Shown here piece after piece: positions 49,461-60,266 of a DNA stretch of 64,000 bases. This DNA comes from Nitrosopumilaceae archaeon. GTDB taxonomy: Archaea > Thermoproteota > Nitrososphaeria > Nitrososphaerales > Nitrosopumilaceae. The stretch is from NCBI GenBank assembly GCA_965208905.1, contig OZ242365.1, positions 1 to 64,000 of the forward strand, given 5' to 3'. The position numbers were made by a program, and so were the translations under genes. Under the pieces are notes generated by a model. The model was given only the letters and a program-made list of their open reading frames with translations, ran no database searches and was not told the DNA's origin. Numbering within the stretch: the stretch's first letter is position 1; each line of letters begins with the position of its first letter.

Positions 49461-50165
49461 TTGGACCCATTATATAGAATCAAGAATGCCCGCTTGAACG
49501 GTCATCTGCCAGATGATGTATCTGCCAAAATACTGGAACGTTTCTCCATTGCTGTTGATGGAATAGACAGAATTGAGCGCGCATCCGGACTATACTTTCC
49601 AACTGCATATGTGGAACCATCTGCAGTAATCTCTCCTGCCTCACAGTTCGGATATGGGGTGCTCTTCGCTAGAACGATACCGCTATTTGATGGTGGACGC
49701 TTTGGAGTTTTAGTCCAGATATCTGCACCGCTACTTGTGTATGGCTTAAAAGGTACGATACATGCCATATTGGCTCATGAATTTTTACACTACTTGGAGC
49801 TGATGCGCAGAATACATCGGGGTGAAGTTCTCTCTGATGAGATAACCGGCAACCTATTTGAAGGCGCATACTTGGATCAAACCCGTATACTTGAACCGGC
49901 CGCAGTATTCAAAGACCGTACACTGATAAATCACATAAAGAAGAGATTCGCTTCCAGCTTCCAAGAGCCCCGGCTAGAAAGAAAGGTAGTGGAGAAGTGG
50001 ATAAATGCTGGCCTCCCAAAGACTGTCATACCATTGGATAATAATCGGGTAAACATATCTGCTGATCTACTCACAAAGATGCGTCTTCCCTCAGACATGG
50101 TTACTGCACTTGATATAATGTATGAAAAAAGTAAAAAGATCAGGACAAGATACAAGTTATACTAG
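49461..50165 (+). CDS. Conserved hypothetical protein with HExxH motif
   Basis: ILAHEFLHY; TTG start. Confidence 0.75.
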   Translation: MDPLYRIKNARLNGHLPDDVSAKILERFSIAVDGIDRIERASGLYFPTAYVEPSAVISPASQFGYGVLFARTIPLFDGGRFGVLVQISAPLLVYGLKGTIHAILAHEFLHYLELMRRIHRGEVLSDEITGNLFEGAYLDQTRILEPAAVFKDRTLINHIKKRFASSFQEPRLERKVVEKWINAGLPKTVIPLDNNRVNISADLLTKMRLPSDMVTALDIMYEKSKKIRTRYKLY

Positions 50166-50239
50166 TGGGATTGGCAGGACTTGAACCTGCGACCCCTGGT
50201 ACCCAAAACCAGAATCATACCAAGCTAGACTACAATCCC
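50166..50239 (-). tRNA. tRNA-Pro(TGG)
   Basis: GGGATTG/CAATCCC acceptor; CTGGT-TTTGGGT-ACCAG anticodon arm; GGTTCAAGTCC. Confidence 0.95.
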
Positions 50240-50274
50240 GTGATGTGTAATCTGTTGCATGGCAATTTTTATCT

Positions 50275-51582
50275 TTGTGCGCAATGACCCAATATCATAT
50301 GATGAATGCGTTATCAATAGGGGGCTTTGATCCATCATGTGCATCGGGTATACAAAGAGACATGAGGGTGGCCAGCTCTCTTGGACTGTATCCACTCAGT
50401 GTTGCAACAACAATAACAACTCAAAACACATCTGAATTTGGTGTTGTGCATCCGTTATCTGTCCATGTCATATCGTCCCAGTTGAATGCAGTTCTATCAG
50501 ACTTTAAAGTTGATGTAATAAAGGTTGGAATGCTATATACTCCCGATATCACACATGCAATACATGATAGGTTATGTGATGTCTCTGCCCCTGTAATCTT
50601 GGACCCTGTTGTACGGTCTACTACTGGCGGCTCCCTACTGCAACATGACGCCAAAGATACATTACTTGATGTGATGCTGCCAAGATCTTTTATTGTAACG
50701 CCGAATCTCTATGAAGCAAAGTATCTGACTGATGTCACGCATGATGGACTGGCAGGCGCGCAAGACGCCGCCAAGTTACTACACCAGTATGGTGCTGACA
50801 ATGTCGTAGTTACTGGCGTAAAGGAGAACGATGAGATTGTGGATGTCCTGTATAATGATGATGGTTTTCAGTATATACGAGGTGAGCGTCTTTACGGTGA
50901 TAGTAGAGGCGGCGGCTGTACATACTCTGCAGCACTATCCTGCTTGGTGATATCCAACAGTGTTGCAGCTGCCGCCAAGCGGGCAAGACTCATCTCGTAT
51001 ACAACACAACATGCCCCCATCTCGGCAGGCAAGACAACCCCGATAGCATCTGAGATCCCCACACAGTTGGAGTCTGCAATCGATGATGTAATATCCATAC
51101 CTGATATGTACCGGCTGATACCACAATGCCAGACTAATTTTGTACATGCACCAATACATGCTACAGCCCCTGATGAAGTCTTTGGAATTCAGGGCCGACT
51201 GGTGCGCGCAGGCAAAAGAGTAGTAATGGCCGGAGTTATATCTCCGAACGGCTCCAAACATGTATCTGCTGCAGTCTGCGCAATCCGGGGCCGATTCTCC
51301 AATGTGCGGTCCGCCATAAACATAAGATACTCACAAGATATACTCTCCATGTTAATACGCGCCCGTCTCACTGTGGCATTTTATGATCGTACATCCGAAC
51401 CACCAGAGATAAAGGAGTCTGGCTCATCTGTATCTTGGGGTGTAAGTTGGGCAGCTGCGCAGTGTATGGATCCTCCAGACGCCATATGTCATAGAGGTGA
51501 CTTTGGCAAAGAGCCAATGATAATACTATTTGGTGATTCGCCCAACGATGTTGTATCTAAAATAAGAAGACTTTTCTCTTAA
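50275..51582 (+). CDS. thiDN: Bifunctional HMP(-P) kinase / thiamine-phosphate synthase ThiD-ThiN
   Basis: G.DPS..SGIQ.D, KVGML, DPV, TPN..EA, GGGC; C-terminal LIP.CQTNF, SKHV, G.FGKEPM. Confidence 0.9.
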   Translation: MCAMTQYHMMNALSIGGFDPSCASGIQRDMRVASSLGLYPLSVATTITTQNTSEFGVVHPLSVHVISSQLNAVLSDFKVDVIKVGMLYTPDITHAIHDRLCDVSAPVILDPVVRSTTGGSLLQHDAKDTLLDVMLPRSFIVTPNLYEAKYLTDVTHDGLAGAQDAAKLLHQYGADNVVVTGVKENDEIVDVLYNDDGFQYIRGERLYGDSRGGGCTYSAALSCLVISNSVAAAAKRARLISYTTQHAPISAGKTTPIASEIPTQLESAIDDVISIPDMYRLIPQCQTNFVHAPIHATAPDEVFGIQGRLVRAGKRVVMAGVISPNGSKHVSAAVCAIRGRFSNVRSAINIRYSQDILSMLIRARLTVAFYDRTSEPPEIKESGSSVSWGVSWAAAQCMDPPDAICHRGDFGKEPMIILFGDSPNDVVSKIRRLFS

Positions 51583-51608
51583 ATATGGGGGCGCTCACAT
51601 TTAATCGC

Positions 51609-52310
51609 ATGCAGTCTGTAATATTGGCAGGTGGTTTGGGTACCCGTCTACTTCCATATACAATGTTCATGCCCAAACCAATGTTGCCATTGGGCGAGAA
51701 GCCAATCCTCGAACATATAATCGAGTGGAACATAAGAAATGGCATAACTGATATCATACTGTGTATCAGTTATCTGGGTCGTGTAATAGAGGACTACTTT
51801 GAAGATGGTACAAGAATCGGCGCTTCCATACAGTATGCACTGTCCCGTAAACCACTATCTACGGCCGGACAGCTAAAGACAGCTCAGGAACTTGTCCATG
51901 GAAGATTTGTCTGTTTATATGGAGATTCAATATACGACTTTGACTTATCCGACATGATATACGCGCACGAAAAGAGAGATGCATTCATTACCATGGGACT
52001 GCACGAATATGACTCTTCCATACCTTACGGTGTTGTGGATACCGATGAAGGTGGCAATGTGTTGGCCTGGCGCGAAAAGCCCAGTACCAAAGTCAACATA
52101 AACATGGGCTGTTATGTTATGGAGCAGGATACACTAGACTACATACCAAAGGATAAGCCATGGGGCATGGATACAGTGATTAATACTGCTCTGGAGAAGA
52201 GAGAGACCGTACTGGCATATCTCACTAAGGGTAACTTTATCGATGTGGGGACATACTCGTTATACAAAGAAGCAAGTCTGGAGTTTCGTAAAAGACTAGG
52301 TGACATCTAA
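51609..52310 (+). CDS. Sugar-1-phosphate nucleotidyltransferase
   Basis: VILAGGLGTRL.P.T..PKPM. Confidence 0.9.
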   Translation: MQSVILAGGLGTRLLPYTMFMPKPMLPLGEKPILEHIIEWNIRNGITDIILCISYLGRVIEDYFEDGTRIGASIQYALSRKPLSTAGQLKTAQELVHGRFVCLYGDSIYDFDLSDMIYAHEKRDAFITMGLHEYDSSIPYGVVDTDEGGNVLAWREKPSTKVNINMGCYVMEQDTLDYIPKDKPWGMDTVINTALEKRETVLAYLTKGNFIDVGTYSLYKEASLEFRKRLGDI

Positions 52311-52747
52311 TGACAGAGATATTGGTTCGCAATCTTGTACGAGAAGACATTAAAAATGGCTTTTTGGAAGCACTGGACGCTCTGCGCCCTGCCAGTCACA
52401 TGACGTATGATACATGCTATGCGATATATGATGATATCAAAGATGATCCCAACAGAGTGGTGGCAGTTGCGGTATTGAATGGTTATATTGTGGGCACGGC
52501 CTCATTAATTCTGGAGCGTAAATTCATACATGATGGTGGCCGTGCAGCCCACATAGAGGATGTCTCTGTAAACTCTAAATTTCAAGGACAGAGTGTGGGC
52601 CGTCTACTGATTCAGTATCTTTTGGATGTGGCTCTCCACAGTGGATGTTACAAGACCACACTGGACTGCAAAGATGATGTTGCCGGATTTTATCAGAGAT
52701 TGGGCTTTGTACATAATGGTTTGTCCATGCGAATAAATCACATGTAG
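52310..52747 (+). CDS. GNAT acetyltransferase (glucosamine-6-phosphate N-acetyltransferase-like)
   Basis: ERKFIH.GG..AHIEDV, QGQ.VG, CYK..LDC, FY..LGF. Confidence 0.88.
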   Translation: MTEILVRNLVREDIKNGFLEALDALRPASHMTYDTCYAIYDDIKDDPNRVVAVAVLNGYIVGTASLILERKFIHDGGRAAHIEDVSVNSKFQGQSVGRLLIQYLLDVALHSGCYKTTLDCKDDVAGFYQRLGFVHNGLSMRINHM

Positions 52748-53178
52748 GGTCTTTTTGGCCTGCGAGGTTTGGCGCGCAACAAAATCATCCCAAAGATTAT
52801 GACTGGTATTGAGACTATCATAAAGAGTGGTGGCGATATCTCTGTTGCCACAGTTACATATACGGGGTCTATGCCATCCTGATACGTGTAACAGAATGCC
52901 ATGCCAGCTAGTAGGGTAGCTCCACCAATTATAATCATCATCCCCACCTTCCTTGAACCATGTCTCTTGGAGAGTATGAACGACACTGCCGCCATTACGG
53001 ATGCGGGGGCGGCTCCTATGGATATGAACTGCAGTATCTTTGGATTCGGCTCAAATATTATGCCAAACTCCATATCTTCGGGAGCCTCTTGCATGTAATT
53101 GTATATCGATACCATCTCGCCTACAAACATAGCAAAGAGCCCCATACTGGCAGCAGCTATCCATACCTCAACACCCAT
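52738..53178 (-). CDS. Four-TM membrane protein
   Basis: Start MGVEVW at 53178; four hydrophobic helices. Confidence 0.7.
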   Translation of the reverse strand: MGVEVWIAAASMGLFAMFVGEMVSIYNYMQEAPEDMEFGIIFEPNPKILQFISIGAAPASVMAAVSFILSKRHGSRKVGMMIIIGGATLLAGMAFCYTYQDGIDPVYVTVATEISPPLFMIVSIPVIIFGMILLRAKPRRPKRPYM

Positions 53179-53200
53179 GACTTGGATACAACCATCAGTA

Positions 53201-54169
53201 CTATAAGTTAACACCCACTGCACCAATCCATTCTCGCCTGCTGGCCACAGACAGATCTTTGGCGGCATCCTCTGGCGATACATTACATAGTGAGACTCCA
53301 AAACCCTTATCCATGCCCGCCGGGCCTGAAGTGTGGGGGTATACCTCTATGTGCCAGTGCAAGCGAGATGTCTTCTTCTTTTCAGGGGATAGGTGGAATG
53401 CCAGACTGAACGATACGCCCGGCAATGTCTTTGTCAAGCCACCCAATGTGGACCACATTAACATGGCCAGATCATGGAGGTCTACTTGTGTCAGTTTGAG
53501 AAAGCTGACGCTGTGTTTTCGAGGAACTATCCAAAACTCATAGGAGCTAGAAGGTGGCCACGGACATATCGCTATAAAGTTCTTTGAGGTTAATATCTGT
53601 CGTTTTCCCCCCGTCTCTTCGTCTACTATCTGGCACATGGGACATATGCCCATCTCACTCTTTATATCGCGACTTGACTCAATCTCGGTCTTTATGGTTG
53701 GCGGAATTACTGGCAGCGTTACTAGTTGAAGATGTGGCTCTGGTATGTCTGATGGCCGCATGTCTGCAAACATCATCACATATCCTACCTTTGCCTGATC
53801 ATATAACCATCTTATTCTGTCCTGTGCTGCCACTAGTAGATTTGCCCAGCGTTCATACTCTTGCATATTGGGAGTCTTGTCAATTGTGGCCACCAAAACA
53901 TTGTGGCGCCCGTAGGCTGGCTGCGCAAACCATGGACTCTTCTGATAGAATAGTTTGGCATCAGTATTCACTATGGGATTGCGACTTTCAAATATCTGTA
54001 TCGTCCAACCGTTAGACTCATAATGTCCGTCTACTATATGTAATATGCCATTATGAAACACCATTGAGACTGTCGGCTCTTCTTCTAGATCCATGCCGTC
54101 CGGACCATCAACTTTCGGCCGTGTTATGGTGATTCGATTGTTTATATGGTTTGATCTTAGTAATCTCAT
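53201..54169 (-). CDS. Galactose-1-phosphate uridylyltransferase-like (HIT superfamily)
   Basis: AYG.H.V, PH.Q, CPMC, YEFWIVPRKH, HWHIEVYP, PEDAA..L. Confidence 0.8.
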   Translation of the reverse strand: MRLLRSNHINNRITITRPKVDGPDGMDLEEEPTVSMVFHNGILHIVDGHYESNGWTIQIFESRNPIVNTDAKLFYQKSPWFAQPAYGRHNVLVATIDKTPNMQEYERWANLLVAAQDRIRWLYDQAKVGYVMMFADMRPSDIPEPHLQLVTLPVIPPTIKTEIESSRDIKSEMGICPMCQIVDEETGGKRQILTSKNFIAICPWPPSSSYEFWIVPRKHSVSFLKLTQVDLHDLAMLMWSTLGGLTKTLPGVSFSLAFHLSPEKKKTSRLHWHIEVYPHTSGPAGMDKGFGVSLCNVSPEDAAKDLSVASRREWIGAVGVNL

Positions 54170-54546
54170 GTATTATCTTTAGATGTTATCCACTCTTCAA
54201 AAGTCTTTATGCCGCAGGTTTCTCTCAAGGCTGGAATGGCCTCGACTCTTCAAATCCCGTATATTGTACTGTTTAATTGCAGATTTGGGAGACAAAATGT
54301 ATTAAAGCCGTAAACAAGTTATGATTCTGCGGCAAAATAGTATTCTTGTGTGCGCCGTCACCTCTACAACAAGCATCTCAAGACTGCACTTAGGTGTGTG
54401 GTCTGGGATGGAGACCATACGTCAAGGAGACCCTACGCGCCGTCTTGTGGTACGGCGGCAAATGAATAGTTCCTACTTGCATCCGCGGTCTCAGTAGGTG
54501 CTGTATAGCGCAACTAAAATATTTGGATTGTTGATATGGAATCATA

Positions 54547-54999
54547 ATGTCAACTTACAAGAATGCCTACAACGAAAAGGCGGTAGGCCAGATTGTACCC
54601 ATAGTCCTTGTAGTATTTCTGATTGTACTATACATGATGTCGGCACAGGGTGATCGTAATTATGCAGCCTCCATACTGATTGGGGCGGCAGCAATTACAA
54701 TGATATTCTGGGCGCGTATTCTTAAAAAGTTCATAGTGAGTCAACAGTCCAAATTTGTCGCGCGAGAGCCTGAGACCAAAAACTGGATGTATGACCTGAT
54801 AAAAGACGAAGGTGGCTTTGTCTTTGTAGCTGAGGTGCCAGGTCCCGTAGAGAAGATAACCGTGCGACTGGTGGATGGAACCCTGTATATACGTGGGAGT
54901 GGAGGTTTTGCACGCGAAGTACCAATAACGGGTGCAGACAGAATGGAACTTTCAGACTTTAAATATAGAAATGGTGTCCTGACACTCCGAATATCCTAA
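54547..54999 (+). CDS. Membrane-anchored Hsp20/alpha-crystallin-like protein
   Basis: Two N-terminal TMs; FVAEVPG, YRNGVL. Confidence 0.8.
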   Translation: MSTYKNAYNEKAVGQIVPIVLVVFLIVLYMMSAQGDRNYAASILIGAAAITMIFWARILKKFIVSQQSKFVAREPETKNWMYDLIKDEGGFVFVAEVPGPVEKITVRLVDGTLYIRGSGGFAREVPITGADRMELSDFKYRNGVLTLRIS

Positions 55000-56091
55000 T
55001 CATAAACTGCGGGCCAACTCTATCTTTTGAGGCAGATATCTGTCTGTTATGTTGGTCAAACCATACTTGGAGAATGCTTCTAGTTCAGCCTTACGCTTTA
55101 TCTTTAGAAATGTATCCAACTCTTTTCTCCATATGCCGTGAGAGTATCGAGGATCTCTCTTTAGATCTTGGCATCTCTTTATGTCTGACTCGGTCATGGG
55201 TATGGTGGGCAGCTCGAATCGTTCTATGTCTGTAGCCCAAACGCCCACCCACTTGGCATCAGGTACAGTCAATTCACGCAGATGCGCAGCATTTGCAGAA
55301 CCTGATTTTATCACCATGGCTATATGTTCCCCATATACGTCTCCATCTGTTAATATGATTACCGGCAAAGACATCTCATCATGTAGTCGTTTTAGTAGAG
55401 TACGCGTAGAGCGCGCAGCCTGGCCACCAGTGTCAACTATTATGGATTTGAACTTTTTATCCACCTGTTCTTCTACAAATCTAGTAAACAGTCCACCTTT
55501 TTCAATGGCAATCACTAATTCGGCACTGGTATCTATGAGCTCGGCACTAGTTAAACTTGGACCTATCGCGTATCCATCTGGGTGATTTGCCAGATTCATC
55601 CGTTTGCCCTCATATCCAGGTACAGTATATTCAATATCTAAATCACCAAATATTGAACTACGCTCCTCAGGGAATATGTGCATCTCTTCCCGGGGTTTTG
55701 TCAGTACGGCCTCCAAGTCCTCTATAATACCATTGGACTCGGACTGGTTTTTGAAGTCTACAGCAAATGCCTGAGATGAGTAATACACATCACGTAAGGT
55801 GGATGACTTTTTTTCATGTGTCAATCTGTTGGCAAAGAATGCCAGCCACATTAACTGTGTAAAGGAGCGTACCTGCGCAGTGTTCTTTGAGCTTCGCTGC
55901 GCCGATGAATTTCCTAGTATGTATTGGCGTAGCGCGTCATCATACACTATATTGCTGACGGACCTACTTGGTACCTCAAAGGCAGGAAAACGACCACGAT
56001 TCAGGTCATCGTATACCCGTGAACCGTGCCTCTTTAACATCTCTAGCATCTCTTTCTGCTTCTTCTCTGCCCGGCTCTTCTTAGACATCAC
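55000..56091 (-). CDS. top6A: DNA topoisomerase VI subunit A
   Basis: TLRDVYY catalytic Tyr, AIEK, TDGD.YG TOPRIM, KAELEA. Confidence 0.96.
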   Translation of the reverse strand: MMSKKSRAEKKQKEMLEMLKRHGSRVYDDLNRGRFPAFEVPSRSVSNIVYDDALRQYILGNSSAQRSSKNTAQVRSFTQLMWLAFFANRLTHEKKSSTLRDVYYSSQAFAVDFKNQSESNGIIEDLEAVLTKPREEMHIFPEERSSIFGDLDIEYTVPGYEGKRMNLANHPDGYAIGPSLTSAELIDTSAELVIAIEKGGLFTRFVEEQVDKKFKSIIVDTGGQAARSTRTLLKRLHDEMSLPVIILTDGDVYGEHIAMVIKSGSANAAHLRELTVPDAKWVGVWATDIERFELPTIPMTESDIKRCQDLKRDPRYSHGIWRKELDTFLKIKRKAELEAFSKYGLTNITDRYLPQKIELARSL

Positions 56092-57892
56092 TTCCTCCTG
56101 CCTTTAACATCTGTATATACTTGGGCTCGGTACTCCGACCTGCCAGTTCAGTACAGAACTGTGATATAAGTGGCATATACTTTGCGTACAGATTCGCCCT
56201 CTTCTTTGCCTCTTCAGCCTTGCCTCGCCTAGACATATAAGATGATAGTCTTCGTGCCAGAAACTGCATGGCCAGTCTTAACTCCTTCTCTATTTCAGGC
56301 CGGTCTGCTACATTCTCCTTGCCGACTGTCTTGTATGGTATTCGTGTAGAGCATATATGTGAGGCTATGACCATGGGAGCATCATGTTTTACCTTGTAGC
56401 GACTCCAATCTATGTCGTTTACCACCTTTAGAACAACATCGCTGCCTTCATCGTACAATAATGGTATACGGTTGGCAAATCTATATGTTTTAATTCCGCG
56501 ACTCTGAATCTTTCCACCATATGCTATACCCATCTCTATGATAAATGGAAAGCCCGAATATGCCGATGCCCCCCTCTGTATAACCTCTTGAAAGTCTGGC
56601 TCAAAGAACTCTTTCATGCCCTGCTCCAAAGGACTCTCTCCTAGTGGTGCCAAACATGAAGGATTTGGGGCTAAAAAGCCCTCGTATGACTGTAGAGAGT
56701 CGCTCAGTTTTACAAGGTCTGCATTTCTCAACAATCCTATATTTTGTTCAGGCTTGAATCCTGCAAATTTTATGAAGCTCTGGGCCGTCTTTGGACCCAT
56801 CCTCTGAAATCTGTCGGTCAGAAATGACAGTAATGGTTCACCTGCAAGTAGACTCTTTATGTGATTGTAGAATGGTTCTTTGTTCTGTAGTGGTGCAGTC
56901 TTGCTCTGGGATTTGATACCATCATAGTATAGTATTGTATTTGTATCCAAATCTATATCTTCTATGATGACATTCTGTAGATATTTTGACTTGCACTTTA
57001 GTGCATTTGTAATACAGGCTGCGGTCCTCTGTTCTGGTTTGAGCCTCTTCCATCGTTTTATGGCTTGGGCAGACACTGTATTATACGATGAGTCTTCATC
57101 CTTGATGTTTAATGTTCTGTATAGTGTAGTATCTATGGACATGCCATCCCGCCTTGACTGCACTATCATACGACGTATCGTCTCTACATCGACACCATGC
57201 GGGTGTGGATTTATTATTGTGGGTGGTTCGGGCATTGTCTTTAGTATGCGCTTGTATACGAACTTGCCGTCTTTGGGATCCTCAAATGTTATGCTGGCAT
57301 AAGGGGTTATCAGTGACGTCTGATATATGTAGTCGCGAATCTTTGAGCCTGCCTTTGAATAGTCTCCCTCCAAACTGATACTTACCGAGAGGCCCCTCTT
57401 CTTTGTCTTCTTCTGGGACTGTTTTAGTATTACGGGCTTGTTCTTTTGTATATCTAGCAGTATCTCAAAGATGTGTGCCGTTTGACCATCAGTACAACTA
57501 GATACCTTGACTGGCTTGTTGGTGGTTATCTGGCCGTATAGTATTGCCATTGTGGCTCCTAACCCAAACATTCCTCTAGCCTGCTTTAGGCCAAACTTTG
57601 AGCCATAAAGAACTGTACCAAATGCTAATGGTACATGTTTCTTGGGTATACCCGGACCATTATCGTGTACGGCTAGTGTGTATGTGCGCGGGTCTTGTCT
57701 GTCATCTTCGGCCTTTATGACTAACTTTACGTTAGGCAGTATTCCTTTCTGGTCACATGCGTCCAATGAGTTTTCAACAAACTCTCGTACTGCCGTGTAT
57801 AATGAACGTGTGGGGTTGCTGAATCCTGCTAAATCTCTATTCCTGTAAAAAAATTCGCTGGGTGATATTTGGTTGAACCTCTCAGTTGACAT
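56081..57892 (-). CDS. top6B: DNA topoisomerase VI subunit B
   Basis: EFVENSLDA, DNGPGI, YGSKF, RG.FGLG, RFANRIPLL. Confidence 0.97.
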   Translation of the reverse strand: MSTERFNQISPSEFFYRNRDLAGFSNPTRSLYTAVREFVENSLDACDQKGILPNVKLVIKAEDDRQDPRTYTLAVHDNGPGIPKKHVPLAFGTVLYGSKFGLKQARGMFGLGATMAILYGQITTNKPVKVSSCTDGQTAHIFEILLDIQKNKPVILKQSQKKTKKRGLSVSISLEGDYSKAGSKIRDYIYQTSLITPYASITFEDPKDGKFVYKRILKTMPEPPTIINPHPHGVDVETIRRMIVQSRRDGMSIDTTLYRTLNIKDEDSSYNTVSAQAIKRWKRLKPEQRTAACITNALKCKSKYLQNVIIEDIDLDTNTILYYDGIKSQSKTAPLQNKEPFYNHIKSLLAGEPLLSFLTDRFQRMGPKTAQSFIKFAGFKPEQNIGLLRNADLVKLSDSLQSYEGFLAPNPSCLAPLGESPLEQGMKEFFEPDFQEVIQRGASAYSGFPFIIEMGIAYGGKIQSRGIKTYRFANRIPLLYDEGSDVVLKVVNDIDWSRYKVKHDAPMVIASHICSTRIPYKTVGKENVADRPEIEKELRLAMQFLARRLSSYMSRRGKAEEAKKRANLYAKYMPLISQFCTELAGRSTEPKYIQMLKAGGSDV

Positions 57893-58457
57893 CCTGTCCC
57901 TCCCATAGTATCATCTTGTTTAAACGGTTCTGCCGGTTGGCTGCCTCTAGCTTGCCATACGCGGCGGCATGCATGCTACCTGACAGTATGGAGTGAACCG
58001 CTGATATGACGGTGCGCATCCTATTCTCTTTGGCTATGATTGCTACAGTCTTACCATATACTGATATGCGACTCTGTCCTAGATGCTCCAAATTACGACG
58101 CGCCCGTCCCTTCTCGCCAATTATTCTGCCCCGTATTCTCTCCATGGCCCCATTGGACTTTCCTACGTACTCTTGCAGGTTTAGCACATGCAACCTGTAT
58201 GTATCATCCAAGAGCAGCATGGCATTGGACATCGAAAAGCCTCTGGACATGGCTAGTATAATATTTGTAGCCTTGAAGGGTTGTACCTTCATTATGTCAT
58301 CAGAGGCAGATTCGATGTTGACCTCGCCGGTATTGCCATCTATGGTAATATTGACACCGCAGGACTCTTCTATGGACTTTTTTGTACTACCTGCCTTTCC
58401 AATTATGACGCCAATACGATCGTTTGGCACTGTTATGGCCTTGGAGAATATCACCAT
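57882..58457 (-). CDS. KH-domain pre-rRNA processing protein (Dim2/Pno1)
   Basis: RIGVIIGK.G, RGRIIGEKG, SVYGKTV, G.MH..AY. Confidence 0.9.
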   Translation of the reverse strand: MVIFSKAITVPNDRIGVIIGKAGSTKKSIEESCGVNITIDGNTGEVNIESASDDIMKVQPFKATNIILAMSRGFSMSNAMLLLDDTYRLHVLNLQEYVGKSNGAMERIRGRIIGEKGRARRNLEHLGQSRISVYGKTVAIIAKENRMRTVISAVHSILSGSMHAAAYGKLEAANRQNRLNKMILWEGQDVN

Positions 58458-59230
58458 ATGCTCATCTCTTTTAGTATGGCAGAAGTCTCTCTTGTTAATA
58501 CGCTTCGTTTTGTAAAAAATCTGTTTATATTGTTGATGTCTCTGTACAGGAACGACTCTGCTGAAGGGTGGCGTCGATCCACAGCAGACCCTAAATCAAA
58601 CAATACCAATCCCTTACCTGTCTTGAATACATTGTACTCTGAAAAGTCTCCATGTACCAAACCACCCTTCATGTATAACTGTTGTATCATACGTATGGCC
58701 TCTTTGTAGTCGTTCTCATCCACTGCGCAGCTCAGAAGAGTAGGTGCTGGCTTACCATCCTGCCCTATAAACTCCATGGCCAATACGTTGTTTAGTACGC
58801 GTATGGGCTTTGGAACACAAACACTGGTCTGGGAGGCTACTGTGAGATTCTTGAACTCTTTCTGTGCCCATAGATGTACTATACTGCGGGTATTTTTACG
58901 AAATTTTGAAAAGCGTGGATCGCCCTGTATGTATTTGATACGTCTTTTGAAGTTTGATGTGGTTACAAGATATATCTTGAGAGCTATATGTTTACTGTCC
59001 GTATCTTCACCAAGAAAGAGTAGTGACTCCTTACCTGCCCCTACGGAACCATCCACTCCTGATATTGTACCATCGGTAATCATCTTGTGCAGTGTCATGA
59101 CCGTCGGCTTGTCTAGCACTTCATTGATGGTCTTTCTTCCCTTAAAGCCATCCTGTAATGATGTATGTGTATCTTTCTTTAGTTTGTGGTTTATGCGTGC
59201 CCGTATCTTTGAATCAATATAGTCGCTCAT
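58451..59230 (-). CDS. rio1: RIO1 serine kinase
   Basis: GKES, KIY, GDPRF, W..KEFKNL, VHGDFSEYN, FDLG. Confidence 0.93.
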   Translation of the reverse strand: MSDYIDSKIRARINHKLKKDTHTSLQDGFKGRKTINEVLDKPTVMTLHKMITDGTISGVDGSVGAGKESLLFLGEDTDSKHIALKIYLVTTSNFKRRIKYIQGDPRFSKFRKNTRSIVHLWAQKEFKNLTVASQTSVCVPKPIRVLNNVLAMEFIGQDGKPAPTLLSCAVDENDYKEAIRMIQQLYMKGGLVHGDFSEYNVFKTGKGLVLFDLGSAVDRRHPSAESFLYRDINNINRFFTKRSVLTRETSAILKEMSIW

Positions 59231-59320
59231 TCACTAAACATGATATGCTTTTGATGGCTTAAAAGTGAATTGTCCTGTTTAGATGGAATCCTACAGGACC
59301 TGGTCTTCGCGTGACATAGC

Positions 59321-59614
59321 TCACATTCGGAATACTATCAAAAAGGGTACGTCTGATATCTTTCGAACACCAGCTAGTGAGCCTAGCCCCAGGTCTGTTG
59401 ATAGCGAGACTATACGTTCACCAGCCATGTTGATTATGTCTGACCCTCTTAGGAGCGTCTTGGCCTCTTCTTCATCTACAAGACGCTCACCGTAATAACT
59501 GGGCTTTATACTAATTGAGATGGAACCATCGGTTACCTGACGGCCTAGTATATCTGCATCACATATGTTTAGCATGGCGCTGTTGTTGTATGAGGTGGTC
59601 TTTACAGAGAACAT
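59321..59614 (-). CDS. DUF424 family protein
   Basis: ICDADILG, YYGE, IN..GE; coupled to aIF2-beta. Confidence 0.85.
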   Translation of the reverse strand: MFSVKTTSYNNSAMLNICDADILGRQVTDGSISISIKPSYYGERLVDEEEAKTLLRGSDIINMAGERIVSLSTDLGLGSLAGVRKISDVPFLIVFRM

Positions 59615-60036
59615 CACGCATACTTGCCTTTCAGTGTGGATTTTGCACCACACGCCTCGCATACGAGAAACGATATACGATTCTCTTTTATTGTTCCGGT
59701 ATCGGGACTTTTACATGTGGGACATTGTACGTACTCTCTGAAGTATATGTGAAATAATCTGGTAAAGTCTTCAGGCTCCCTCTTTCCTATGAACATGGCC
59801 TTGTCGCCTAGCCTCTCTGCTGGAACTGCAAACTCTTTTGAGAGGTACTGCAGTATCTTGTTGGGGTCCCGTCGAAGCACCTTTGTAAAGTCGGTAAAGT
59901 TGCGCAGAAACGTCCGTTGACCCTCCCACATGACATCGACAAGGGGTAGATCAAAGCGAGATACAGACTTGTTTGAGCGTTCATCCAACTTGTCTTTTAT
60001 GCGGTCCAGAAGGGCAGTGTAATCATCCTGATTCAT
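59614..60036 (-). CDS. eif2b: Translation initiation factor aIF-2 beta
   Basis: RF..P, T..RNF, L.RDP, YV.CPTCKSPDT..CEACGA. Confidence 0.95.
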   Translation of the reverse strand: MNQDDYTALLDRIKDKLDERSNKSVSRFDLPLVDVMWEGQRTFLRNFTDFTKVLRRDPNKILQYLSKEFAVPAERLGDKAMFIGKREPEDFTRLFHIYFREYVQCPTCKSPDTGTIKENRISFLVCEACGAKSTLKGKYA

Positions 60037-60078
60037 AAATAAATAATATCTAAACTACCTATATGGGTTTTCAAATAT

Positions 60079-60222
60079 CTACAATTTGCCTATGCGGAAT
60101 ACCACACTACCGGTCTCTGGGCACGTTCCCTTCACGGCGGCACGACCATTCTTCATAGTTACCTCGACTGGGTCTTTGATCTCAACTTTTTTACGGCATT
60201 TGACACAATATCCTTGTACCAT
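60079..60222 (-). CDS. Small DUF5679-like protein (47 aa)
   Basis: Manual translation MVQGYCVKCRKKVEIKDPVEVTMKNGRAAVKGTCPETGSVVFRIGKL*. Confidence 0.8.
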   Translation of the reverse strand: MVQGYCVKCRKKVEIKDPVEVTMKNGRAAVKGTCPETGSVVFRIGKL

Positions 60223-60266
60223 GTTTGATGTGTAAATTTTATTGTGTATTATATCTTACTGATTTT

